From contig JAGMCR010000002.1 of the NCBI GenBank assembly GCA_023129115.1, positions 78,753 through 142,752 of the forward strand: a stretch of DNA of 64,000 bases, read 5' to 3'. How positions within the stretch are numbered: the first letter of the stretch is position 1; every line of letters begins with the position of its first letter. Both the position numbers and the translations under genes were made by a program. The notes beneath the pieces were generated by a model. It was not told where the DNA came from. It saw nothing but the letters and a program-made list of their open reading frames with translations, and searched no databases. The stretch comes from Candidatus Iainarchaeum sp. (lineage in GTDB: Archaea; B1Sed10-29; WALL01). This document shows positions 28,348 through 37,231 of the stretch, in pieces.

Positions 28348-28412
28348 CAAACCACCTGAATACTTTATCACACCCAGCACTTAAATAGGTTATTGCAAAA
28401 AGCGAGCCCCTG

Positions 28413-28973
28413 TCAGCGCGGCTGCAGCTTTTCCACAATCAATAGCGGCCACAGCACATTCGTCGCCATCACTGTTATCTTCTGCACGAACGGCCCGTAT
28501 GCACTCCCCGTGGAGGCAAGCGTCGCGATTGCCAGCAAGGCGGCCACGAGCCCGAACGCCCTGTACACTGCCGGCAGCTTTTTTGCTTTTATCGAGAAAA
28601 GCGTCACGGCAACAGGCATGCACACGAACCACAGGAGCGTTGCCGGGACATGCAGCCAGTGGTCCATGGGAAAGACGCCAAGGAGCGCCAGGGACAACCC
28701 CGCCCCCACGCCCGCCAGTTTCGCCGCCTTCCCCGGCGCCACGGAATAAAACCACGCCGCGAACACCACGCCCCCAACCACGACCACCGTGTTGAACACG
28801 AGCGCCGAGTAAAACGAGACGCCCCACACCCCCAGCGCGCTAAGCATCTGCCCAAAAAAGTCGTATCCCGGGTAAAGCTCAATCGCCACCAGCACGCCAG
28901 CGAGCTGGATGAATATCGCGGCAATCATCGCGTTGCCCAGATGCCTTAACCACGCTTTCCGCATGCCATTCAC
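28413..28973 (-). CDS. DUF998-like membrane protein
   Basis: YPGYDFFGQMLSALG, LGVFP, H motif, QK in the last helix. Confidence 0.75.
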   Translation of the reverse strand: MNGMRKAWLRHLGNAMIAAIFIQLAGVLVAIELYPGYDFFGQMLSALGVWGVSFYSALVFNTVVVVGGVVFAAWFYSVAPGKAAKLAGVGAGLSLALLGVFPMDHWLHVPATLLWFVCMPVAVTLFSIKAKKLPAVYRAFGLVAALLAIATLASTGSAYGPFVQKITVMATNVLWPLLIVEKLQPR

Positions 28974-29022
28974 TAGGCAAGCGATTGGTTATAAAAATAT
29001 CGGTGGATTAACGGCATTTGCA

Positions 29023-29751
29023 ATGCTAGAGATAATCACACTCGCAACCCTGTCCGGCCTGACCACGTTCATAGGCGTTTGGCTAGCAACCGTCATCAAG
29101 AAAAACAAGACGCTGATTTCCATCGGCATCGGCTTCTCGAGCGGCGTCATGATTGCAATCAGCTTCCTCGAGCTCATGCCAATGGCCATGGCCCTCGCGC
29201 CCGGCATGCTCGTCCTCGCCGCGTTCTCCGCCGGCTTCGGAATCGTCTGGCTCTTCGACTACTTCCTCCCCCACATGCACTTCATCAAGGAAGCAGGCAA
29301 AATGGGCGCCGCCATGAAGACCGGCTACCTCGTCACGTTCGGCATAATCATACACGACTTTCCCGAGGGATTCGCCATGGCCACAGCGTTCGTCGTCAAC
29401 CCACTCGCCGGCATACTCGTCGCCATCGCAATCGCCATCCACAACATTCCCGAAGAGTTCGCGCTCGGCGTCCCGCTCGTCCTCATGGGCAAAAAGAAGC
29501 TGCTCTACAAGCTCGCCCTCGTCTCGGCGCTCGCCGAGCCGGCCGGCGCCGCCATCGGCCTCTTCCTGTTCAGCGCGTGGCCCGCGCTCAACCCATTGAT
29601 GCTCGCGTTCGCCGCGGGCGCGATGGTGTTCGTCTCGATAGACGAGCTCCTCCCCCTCGCCCAGAAGTACGGCGGCTTCAGCCACGCGTCGCTGGGGCTA
29701 TTGTTCGGAATAGTCACTTACGCCGTGCTTGCCCTCGCCCTCGGCGTCTAG
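29023..29751 (+). CDS. ZIP family metal transporter (ZupT/GufA-like)
   Basis: HDFPEG, HNIPEE, AEPAGA, DELLP. Confidence 0.92.
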   Translation: MLEIITLATLSGLTTFIGVWLATVIKKNKTLISIGIGFSSGVMIAISFLELMPMAMALAPGMLVLAAFSAGFGIVWLFDYFLPHMHFIKEAGKMGAAMKTGYLVTFGIIIHDFPEGFAMATAFVVNPLAGILVAIAIAIHNIPEEFALGVPLVLMGKKKLLYKLALVSALAEPAGAAIGLFLFSAWPALNPLMLAFAAGAMVFVSIDELLPLAQKYGGFSHASLGLLFGIVTYAVLALALGV

Positions 29752-29770
29752 TTGCCCCGCGCCACCCAAA

Positions 29771-30649
29771 TCATGGCTTTGGCCCGTCTTCCAGCGATGG
29801 CTTTGGCTCGTATTTCAAGGGTATCCTGATGTGAAAAATGGTTCCAGGGAACTCTGCACCCGGGTTCGCGGGCTCGAACCACAAGTGCCCTTCTCTCAGC
29901 ACATTATCTGCATTGGGGTGGTGCAGTTCAACCGCCTGCTTAACGAGGTGTGTGCCGACGCCCGTGCCCTTTTCCCTGCCGGTGACATACTTATTGAACA
30001 GCGTGTCCTTCATGAATTTTGGGACTCCGGTCCCATTGTCCCGGATGTGCAGCACGAAGTACCCATTGTCTTTTTCGCCAGAAATATGGACGAACGGGTC
30101 CTCTATTTTATTGTCTTTGAAGTTGTCGGCGGCGTTATCGATAATGTTCTTCACGAGGGACTCAATTTTGTGGGAGGCCACCTCGGCGGTTTGGGGCAAT
30201 GCGCCAATATCCAAGTCTATTCTCATCCTTTTTTCGTTTCTCACGATTTTGTTCAAGAGGCCATGCAGGTTTGTCTCTACTGGATTAAATGGCTTTTTGT
30301 AGTTGGCAAGGACATTGTCTATGTCGTCAAAGCCACCTTCTACCCCGTCTTCCCAACCTTCAATAGCGATATTATCCCTTGCCAGTCCCGCTAACCCCTT
30401 TATCTTGTTCAGTGGCGCCCTCAAGTCATGAATCCCTGCCCCCAAATCGAATTCGCTTCCCGTTCCCCTATGCCTTATTGGCGTGTATTTTTCCCTGTTC
30501 TTGAGGTAATTGCCAATCCGGTCAGCAGTTTCACCGCACAGCCTGGCCAGCTTGCCAGCGGAAGGCCGCCTTCTGTTGCTCTTGTAGGACTTCCACTGCG
30601 TTTTTATCCGGCTTATCCTAGACTTTATCTCCCCCAATCCTTTTGCCAT
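29771..30649 (-). CDS. Soluble histidine kinase-like protein (HisKA + HATPase_c)
   Basis: H-box HDLRAPL, N-box NIIDNA, DNGTG, F-box, GTGVG. Confidence 0.82.
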   Translation of the reverse strand: MAKGLGEIKSRISRIKTQWKSYKSNRRRPSAGKLARLCGETADRIGNYLKNREKYTPIRHRGTGSEFDLGAGIHDLRAPLNKIKGLAGLARDNIAIEGWEDGVEGGFDDIDNVLANYKKPFNPVETNLHGLLNKIVRNEKRMRIDLDIGALPQTAEVASHKIESLVKNIIDNAADNFKDNKIEDPFVHISGEKDNGYFVLHIRDNGTGVPKFMKDTLFNKYVTGREKGTGVGTHLVKQAVELHHPNADNVLREGHLWFEPANPGAEFPGTIFHIRIPLKYEPKPSLEDGPKP

Positions 30650-30689
30650 TAATAGATGGTTATGAGGCGCAGCCTTTAAAAAAACAGCG

Positions 30690-32231
30690 TTATTTCCTCT
30701 TCGGCACCAGCCCTTCAGGCGCTGCCGGCGGCTTAATCTTCACGTTCGCCCAGTTCAGGATGTCCCTGACTATGCCGTTCGCGAGCTTAACCGCGACCCG
30801 GTACCGCGGGTCCCTCATGCCCTCAACCCCCAGCTCGTCCTTCGCGAACTCATGCGCCTCCATGAGCTCGTGCATGTACTGCGGCAGTGCAGTGACGTCA
30901 ATATTTTCCCTCGCCCTGTTCAGGACCTTGGGGTAAGCCTCCGCCATCCGGATGAACTGGTGTAATTCAAACGACTCGTCCGCCACCAGCGGCTGCTTCT
31001 CCACCACCCTCTCCGCAGCCTTTGCCTCCTTCTCAAGGCGCTTCACGTCCCCCAGGCCCCTCTTGCCCTGCGCGAGAATCTGTATCTGCGCGTCCGCCAC
31101 TTCGTCCGGGGAATGGTCCTTGGGGCTAAGCATCACCTCGAAGTGCCTCGAGTGAACGCCCATGTAGTCCGGCAAATCGTAAAGATGAAGCGAAATATTG
31201 TCCGCCAAGTGGCCCATGCCGTACTCCTCGAGCTTGTCCCGCGTCTCGCTCTGCTGGCTCTTGGCGTCGATTATTTTGCCGCCAAGCCTCTCCTTCTCCG
31301 GCAGCGACACAAACGCGTGCGTGGCCCCAAAGTCCGGCAGCCCCGCAAGCACCTTCAAGACCTTTTCTTTTTCGACGCCGTGCTTTCCCGCAAACTTTCC
31401 CGCGAACTCTTCCTTTCCCCCAAGCTTCGCGATGTAAAGCAATGCGTCGAAGTCCGCGCACTTTCCCTTGCGCTTCTTCTTCGCCAATTTCATCAAACTG
31501 TCGAACACTTGCTGGAGCCGGTCCTCAGAAACAATCTTGTAGCTCCCCTCCTCAACGTGGCCGTTCACAAACTCCCTCAGCATTTCGTTCTCGGCCAAAA
31601 CGTCCTCCGGCGTAATCAATCCACCGCCGGGCGCGTTAATGTTGTCGAACAGGATTGTCTGCTGCCCCGCCTCGATGCCCTTGTTGTAGTTGAGCCCCCC
31701 AGCGTGCAGCGCGTGCACGAAGCCAATGATGTTCGACTCGCTCAAGTCCATGCGAATGTAGTGGTCGGTCCACTCGCCGTTCAGTACGTCCTCGCTGCGG
31801 CTTGCTTCCTTGTGCTGCCGCATAATCGCGGCGTCCACCTTGTGCCTTATGTCATCCACCTCTTCCGGGTAAAGCCTCTGCGCCGCATAAATCCGCTTCC
31901 TCAAGGTCGGCGACGCAGTCAACAGGCCATCGGCCTCAACGCTCTGCGTCAGGACGTCCTTCCCGCCCTTCTGCGTCAAAATGTTCTTCGACACTTTGGG
32001 CACATCGACGTAGCCAATCCCCGTCAGCTCGACGCCGCCCGCTGTCCTGGGGTTCTTTACGTTAAGCAAGGCCTTCCGGTGCACTGCCTTTATTCCCAAG
32101 TCCAGCCGCGCGTTTGCTTCCATGAACGCGTTCGCCAGCACATGGTCCACGGGCGCCTTTCCCTTGCGGGGGCCTTCCGGCACCTCGTACTTCTTGGGCT
32201 CTGCAGCCGCTTTGGGCTTCTCCACAGCCAT
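30690..32231 (-). CDS. Hypothetical protein
   Basis: 513-aa ORF with host-like codon use; no family recognised. Confidence 0.75.
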   Translation of the reverse strand: MAVEKPKAAAEPKKYEVPEGPRKGKAPVDHVLANAFMEANARLDLGIKAVHRKALLNVKNPRTAGGVELTGIGYVDVPKVSKNILTQKGGKDVLTQSVEADGLLTASPTLRKRIYAAQRLYPEEVDDIRHKVDAAIMRQHKEASRSEDVLNGEWTDHYIRMDLSESNIIGFVHALHAGGLNYNKGIEAGQQTILFDNINAPGGGLITPEDVLAENEMLREFVNGHVEEGSYKIVSEDRLQQVFDSLMKLAKKKRKGKCADFDALLYIAKLGGKEEFAGKFAGKHGVEKEKVLKVLAGLPDFGATHAFVSLPEKERLGGKIIDAKSQQSETRDKLEEYGMGHLADNISLHLYDLPDYMGVHSRHFEVMLSPKDHSPDEVADAQIQILAQGKRGLGDVKRLEKEAKAAERVVEKQPLVADESFELHQFIRMAEAYPKVLNRARENIDVTALPQYMHELMEAHEFAKDELGVEGMRDPRYRVAVKLANGIVRDILNWANVKIKPPAAPEGLVPKRK

Positions 32232-32285
32232 ACCAATAATTACTGCACAGCCATATTTATAAGCACCGCCGCCGAATTAATCCCC

Positions 32286-33023
32286 ATGGAAGTAATTTAC
32301 TGGGTATTGCTCGCCACTCTCTTGGACGGCCTCGTCGCGTTCGCCGGCGCGTTTGGGCTCGCGCTGAAGCCAAAGACACTCAAGAAACTCCTCATGTTCC
32401 TCGTCGCGTTCTCGGCCGGCGCGCTCATCGGCGGAGCGTTCTTCCACTTAATCGCCGAGTCGCTCGAAGGGCTGCCAGTGGACTTCGCTTTCCTCCTCGT
32501 CATCGCCGGGTTCTGCCTCTTTTTCATAATGGAGCGCTTTCTATACTGGCACCACTGCCACGAGGGCAAGTGCAAGGTCCACCCGTTCACTTATCTTATC
32601 CTCGTCGGCGATGGAGTCCACAACTTCATTGACGGCCTCGTCATCGCCGCGTCCTTCCTTGTGTCAATCCCGTTCGGCATTGTCACCACATTCTTGATAA
32701 TCGCGCACGAAATCCCCCAGGAACTGGGCGACTTCGGCATCCTCGTCTATGGGGGAATGGAAAAGAAAAAAGCTTTGCTGTACAACTTTGTGTCCCAGCT
32801 CACGTGCGTCGTCGGCGGGCTCGCCGGCGTTTTCCTCGCCATGTCTTTTGACCCCATGCCCCTCCTCCCATTCGCGGCGGGGGGCTTCATCTACATTGCG
32901 ATGTCTGACTTGGTCCCGGAGCTGCACAAGGAAAAAGACAACCAGAAGGCTGTGAAGCACTTCGCCTTGTTCCTCGTCGGCCTCGCGTTCATGCTCGCGA
33001 TAAAATGGGTGGCCGGCGCGTGA
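32286..33023 (+). CDS. ZIP family metal transporter
   Basis: HNFIDG, HEIPQELGDFG, WHHCH. Confidence 0.92.
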   Translation: MEVIYWVLLATLLDGLVAFAGAFGLALKPKTLKKLLMFLVAFSAGALIGGAFFHLIAESLEGLPVDFAFLLVIAGFCLFFIMERFLYWHHCHEGKCKVHPFTYLILVGDGVHNFIDGLVIAASFLVSIPFGIVTTFLIIAHEIPQELGDFGILVYGGMEKKKALLYNFVSQLTCVVGGLAGVFLAMSFDPMPLLPFAAGGFIYIAMSDLVPELHKEKDNQKAVKHFALFLVGLAFMLAIKWVAGA

Positions 33024-33910
33024 ACCTAAACATTGCTTTCTACGGCCAGTGGGTCCCACTCGGGAAAAAGTCTTCCGAGACAGACGTATTGCTCGCGAGC
33101 CACTCCAGCAGCGAAGGAGTTTTTTCCTACGCCGCCCCCGCGATGTACCCCGAAAAAATCCATTCACTAATAATGCCTGCAATGATGTCCAGCGCCGCAG
33201 TCGTGCACTACACCCCCGCGCTGGCCGGCGCCGCGCTCGGCGAGACAATCGTGCTCCTCGGCCTGCTGCAGAAGCCCGGCTTCTTCGCGGTTTCCGATGA
33301 CGCGGACCTCGGCACGCTCGACGCAATCACAAAAAGCACTTCCCTGTCGTCCTGGGCCAGGGTGCCCGACGACGAAACAGCAATCCGCGAGGAAATCAAA
33401 AACTTTTCCATTCCTCCGGTTGACGGCCCGACTAAAGTCCTGGTCGACGCTTCGTTCGACGTGAAAAGCGTTGGCACCGTCGTGCTTGGCCTAGTCCAAA
33501 GGGGCTCGCTCGCGGTATACGACAAGCTGACTGCCTACCCGTCCGGCAAGGAAGCCACCGTGAAATCCATACAAAAACAAGACAAGAACTTCAAGGCCGC
33601 GGAGCCAAACGACCGCGTTGGCCTCTCGCTGAAAGGCGTGTCCGTGGAAGACGTGCCGCGCGGCACCTTGCTTTCCGCCGAGCCCATTCCAACGGCAAAA
33701 GAATTCGAGGTGCGCCCGACTATTTCGCCGCTGGCGAAGGAACTGCCGCACGACCTGCACTTGTGCCTGGGCTTGCAGTGGGGCGGAGTGCACCTTGACG
33801 GAAACAAGATTTCTTCGGAAAAGGAGTGGGCGCTTGACGGAACAGGCATTATCGCGCACAACGCGAAGCCGGGCCCACTCCGGGTGCTCGGCAGGGTAGA
33901 CTTTTTATAG
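33020..33910 (+). CDS. SelB/EF-Tu-like protein with degenerate G domain
   Basis: Domain II motifs VDASFDVKSVGTVVLG, VKSIQ, DRVGLSLKG, PRG; no P-loop; start uncertain. Confidence 0.75.
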   Translation: MNLNIAFYGQWVPLGKKSSETDVLLASHSSSEGVFSYAAPAMYPEKIHSLIMPAMMSSAAVVHYTPALAGAALGETIVLLGLLQKPGFFAVSDDADLGTLDAITKSTSLSSWARVPDDETAIREEIKNFSIPPVDGPTKVLVDASFDVKSVGTVVLGLVQRGSLAVYDKLTAYPSGKEATVKSIQKQDKNFKAAEPNDRVGLSLKGVSVEDVPRGTLLSAEPIPTAKEFEVRPTISPLAKELPHDLHLCLGLQWGGVHLDGNKISSEKEWALDGTGIIAHNAKPGPLRVLGRVDFL

Positions 33911-33932
33911 CTGGTTTTCTTTTTTTCCTCCA

Positions 33933-34523
33933 ATGCCCGTGCGCGTGACGTACATCCTAAAGGAGTCCCTGAACTGGAACATCGTGCTGTTCCCAGGCGT
34001 CGTGTTCCACGAGCTGAGCCACTTCGTCATGAGCATTTTCATGGGCTCGCGCGTGACCGGCGGGCGCTTCTGGGGGGAGAAAGAAGCAGCCATCACGCAC
34101 GAGGAAGTCCCGGGCATCCGGGGGTACTTGATTTCGTCGGCGCCGTTCCTGTTCGGCACGCTCGCGGTAATCCTTTTCCTTTACCTCGCGAAGACTGGGA
34201 CAGTCGGGCTTTCGTACCGCTCGCCGTGGCAGTCGTGGTTCCAGGTCCTCGTCCTGTACTATCTGGCCCTGTCGATTGCTGCCCATTGCTTCCCCTCGTC
34301 CCGCGACGCGTCGAACGCGATGCACAACCTGTCGTCGTTTTATTCCCGGAAGGCCTCGATGCAGGACGGCGTTGTGCAGGGAGTATTCTGGCTCCTGACA
34401 GTCCCCTTCATCTTCTTCCCGCTGTACCTGGGCGCAATGATAATGGGCGTTTTTTCGACTGTGCGGAATTTGGGGTTTTTGTGGTTCGTGCTCTTGTTTT
34501 GGCTGGTTGCCGCCTACCTATGA
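33933..34523 (+). CDS. Membrane zinc metalloprotease-like protein (HEXXH)
   Basis: PGVVFHELSH, SAP, FPSSRD; several TM helices. Confidence 0.75.
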   Translation: MPVRVTYILKESLNWNIVLFPGVVFHELSHFVMSIFMGSRVTGGRFWGEKEAAITHEEVPGIRGYLISSAPFLFGTLAVILFLYLAKTGTVGLSYRSPWQSWFQVLVLYYLALSIAAHCFPSSRDASNAMHNLSSFYSRKASMQDGVVQGVFWLLTVPFIFFPLYLGAMIMGVFSTVRNLGFLWFVLLFWLVAAYL

Positions 34524-34643
34524 CAACCCTTTTCCTGCTACAGGGGCTTCGCTTGCCTGCTCAACCCCTGAACAGTGGAAAAGCGTTGACGGAAAAGGTT
34601 CTTTTATATACTGCTTATAGAATAATACTGCGAGGGATTTGCT

Positions 34644-34940
34644 ATGACAGTCAAGATTTACAAGGTGGATTCGGTGAAGGTCACGGTCATTCGCCAGGCG
34701 GTCGCGGCCGACCACTGGGCGAGGAATGGCTATACCTTGCGGGCTGGCCGTGGGCTCGGGTTCGACATCGACCAGTACTTTTTGTACGTGGACGCGCCTG
34801 ACGAGTTCTTTGAGGCGCACGAGGCCGAGGTCTTGGTTGATGGAGTGTCCCGCGTGGAAGGCAACGAGTTCGACAACGTCTCGAAGGCAATCAAGAGCGA
34901 GGAAGACAGTGTCGCGAGCGGCATCGCGTTGTTCGGGTGA
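34644..34940 (+). CDS. Small hypothetical protein
   Basis: 98-aa ORF with TTTTATATA upstream; ends ASGIALFG. Confidence 0.7.
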   Translation: MTVKIYKVDSVKVTVIRQAVAADHWARNGYTLRAGRGLGFDIDQYFLYVDAPDEFFEAHEAEVLVDGVSRVEGNEFDNVSKAIKSEEDSVASGIALFG

Positions 34941-35070
34941 CTGCTGGCCCTTTTTATATGGCTGTAGCAACCTTTAATAATGAGTTTTGTGCCTAATGGT
35001 ATTGGTATATCCGCTGTCGTTGGTTCACCCATTGGGTGAACCGATGATGGTACCTGGGGGGAGAGGATAA

Positions 35071-35736
35071 TTGGCAGATAAAGCAGCAGTATTCATAGAT
35101 TAAGGCTACTTAACGAGGGTGCTTGGCCACTTTGGGTTACAATCTTTTGCTAGGGAGCCCAAAACCAATCGCTTTGTTTTCGAGAATAAAGTTGATTACG
35201 CGAAACTGTGTGACAAAATGTGCGGCTTGGAAGGGGCTAAGCGTTTTAGGACTTACGTTTACGATGCTGACCCTTACCAGAACAATCCCCCGACGCAGGA
35301 TGACCGGGATCAATTGAGCGAGAAGCAAAGGTTTTTCAATTGGCTGGAGGGCTTGCCGAGTTTTACTGTGCGCAAGGGCAAGTGCTTGAAGCGAGAGTTC
35401 AAGCAATGCCATGGTTATAAGGTCGGGCATTTTTTGACTCCTTGCTGGCACATAACACAGAAGGGCGTGGACGTGAAGTTCTCGGTTGACCTGGTTTCTT
35501 TGGCTTGGGACAAGAGGATAGACAAGGCCATTTTGGTTACGGGGGACAGTGACTTTATTCCGGCAATTGAGAACGCAAAGGACGCCAACATGAAGGCAAT
35601 CATTTACTTTTTGCGGCGTGGCTCCACAGGCATAAACCAAGGCCTGTACTACTTGGTTGATGAGCGGCATGAATTTACCCGTGATTTCTTCAGCGATTGC
35701 TTAATTGGCCAAAGCACTTGGAAAAAGAATAAATAG
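35071..35736 (+). pseudogene. NYN-domain protein with in-frame TAA at codon 11
   Basis: TTG 35071 gives MADKAAVFID*GYL; downstream YVYD, QKGVDV, LVTGDSDFIP motifs are intact. Confidence 0.7.
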
Positions 35737-35764
35737 TAAAGAATACAAACTCTTTCTCCACAGT

Positions 35765-35882
35765 GCAGGGGTACCAAAGCGGCCAAATGGGATGGACTCA
35801 AGCGGTAGATGGAAAATCCGCCCGTCTCTCGGAGATATCCATTGGCTTAGTGCCTTCGAGAGTTCGAATCTCTCCCCCTGCA
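35765..35882 (+). tRNA. tRNA-Leu(CAA) with 34-nt intron at 37/38 (35803-35836)
   Basis: Acceptor GCAGGGG/CCCCTGC-A; anticodon stem ATGGA/TCCAT, loop CT-CAA-G|A; long variable arm; T arm GAGAG-TTCGAAT-CTCTC. Confidence 0.93.
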
Positions 35883-35884
35883 CT

Positions 35885-36049
35885 CAGCCCCTTGGGGGGC
35901 GCAGCCCCCCACTGAGCTGGCGTGCATCCCCCCAGGTGAGTGGGTAAGGGCTCGCTTGCGCTCGCGGTTTTTGTCTCTGGGAATCGCTAGATTCCCAAGC
36001 CTAACGTGCCGCCTTAGTTTAAGGCGTTATAATCCCTTCCCCTGCACTC
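35885..36049 (+). repeat. Mini-element followed by a duplicate tRNA-Leu 3' end
   Basis: Nearly identical in part to 5918-6032; 36031-36049 matches tRNA end 35867-35885 at 17/19. Confidence 0.85.
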
Positions 36050-36120
36050 TACTCTTGAGGGTGAAATCCCACGGCTTTAACCGAAAGTATTATATATCAT
36101 ATGATTATATGATATACCAT

Positions 36121-36666
36121 ATGTTGAAGCAGTGGGAAAAGTTCAGGGGATGGAAAATCCTGGAATACTTTTTGGAGAGCCCGACATCGCAGATATACAT
36201 AAACAAGTTGTCCCGACAGCTTGGGGTAAGCCCCCAAACAGCAAACACCTACCTCGAGATGTACGCAAATGATGGAATACTAAAGAAGAAAAAGGCCGCA
36301 AATGCCTCGTTCTATTCGCTAGATAATTCCCTACCCCGTGTCAAGAAGCTGAAACAATTTTACTCCCTTGCCCTACTAAACGAAGTCAAGTTCGTTGAGA
36401 AAACATTGAAAGAAAACCCTGAAACAAAGTCAATAATTCTTTACGGCAGCCACGTTACTGGGGAATACGATGAAAAAAGCGATTTGGATATTCTTATTAT
36501 TTCTCCCAACAAGAAGAAGCCGATGAAGGCAATCAGGTCGCTGAAAAAGGATGTGACACTAGGCGTTTATTCACTTGCCGAATGGCGAAAGGCCAGCAAG
36601 GAATTCAAGGAATCGGTCGCGAAAAATCATGTTGTGCTTTACGGCACGGGACTAGTGATGAAATGA
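36121..36666 (+). CDS. wHTH + minimal nucleotidyltransferase (MNT) antitoxin
   Basis: ILYGSHVTGEYDEKSDLDILII; N-terminal HTH. Confidence 0.9.
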   Translation: MLKQWEKFRGWKILEYFLESPTSQIYINKLSRQLGVSPQTANTYLEMYANDGILKKKKAANASFYSLDNSLPRVKKLKQFYSLALLNEVKFVEKTLKENPETKSIILYGSHVTGEYDEKSDLDILIISPNKKKPMKAIRSLKKDVTLGVYSLAEWRKASKEFKESVAKNHVVLYGTGLVMK

Positions 36667-37085
36667 AAACAGCGGCAGAATGCTTTGAAGAAGGAAAGCT
36701 AAAGAAAACCAAGAAAGAAGCAGAACAAGTAGAAAATTCAGTAGGGCAAGCAGAGCACTACCTCGGTCGCGCTGTAGGGGTCCTCAAATCAGAATTCCCC
36801 GACGTATCTTTCTTAATGTCGTACAACGCCATGTTCCACGCCGCAAGAGCGTTGCTTTTCAGGGACGGGGTAAAAGAAAGAAGCCACTACTGCATGGTAC
36901 AGTACCTTCGCGAAAAGTACCCTGGACAAGAAATCAGCCAATCCATCGAAATACTTGACAATTACCGTCTTGACCGCCACAAAGTCCAGTACAGCGGAGG
37001 CAATTGCACTCACGAAGAAGCAGAGCAAGCAATAAAAGACGCTAAAGAATTTATCACACTCGTCAAAAAAGCAGTCCAAAAATAG
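36663..37085 (+). CDS. HEPN-domain protein
   Basis: YNAMFHAARALL, ERSH, RHKVQY; ATGA overlap with MNT. Confidence 0.9.
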   Translation: MKTAAECFEEGKLKKTKKEAEQVENSVGQAEHYLGRAVGVLKSEFPDVSFLMSYNAMFHAARALLFRDGVKERSHYCMVQYLREKYPGQEISQSIEILDNYRLDRHKVQYSGGNCTHEEAEQAIKDAKEFITLVKKAVQK

Positions 37086-37112
37086 CGCTATCCCCACCAG
37101 TTTTAGATAACG

Positions 37113-37213
37113 CTTCCCCCGCACCACAGCCCCTTGGGGGGCACAGCCCCCCACTGAGCTGGCGTGCATCCCCCAGGTGAGTGGGTAAGGGCTCGCTTGC
37201 GCTCGCGGTTTTG
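37113..37213 (+). repeat. Degenerate tRNA-Leu 3' end (+CCA) and truncated mini-element
   Basis: CTTCCCCCGCACCA then about 87 bp nearly identical to 35885-35973. Confidence 0.85.
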
Positions 37214-37231
37214 TTTTAGTCCGCCTGCCCC

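Noticed and set aside
31113-32285. N-terminal extension of the 636-aa ORF
   Set aside because: Antisense shadow of the 30690-32231 gene; the ZIP protein starts at ATG 32286.
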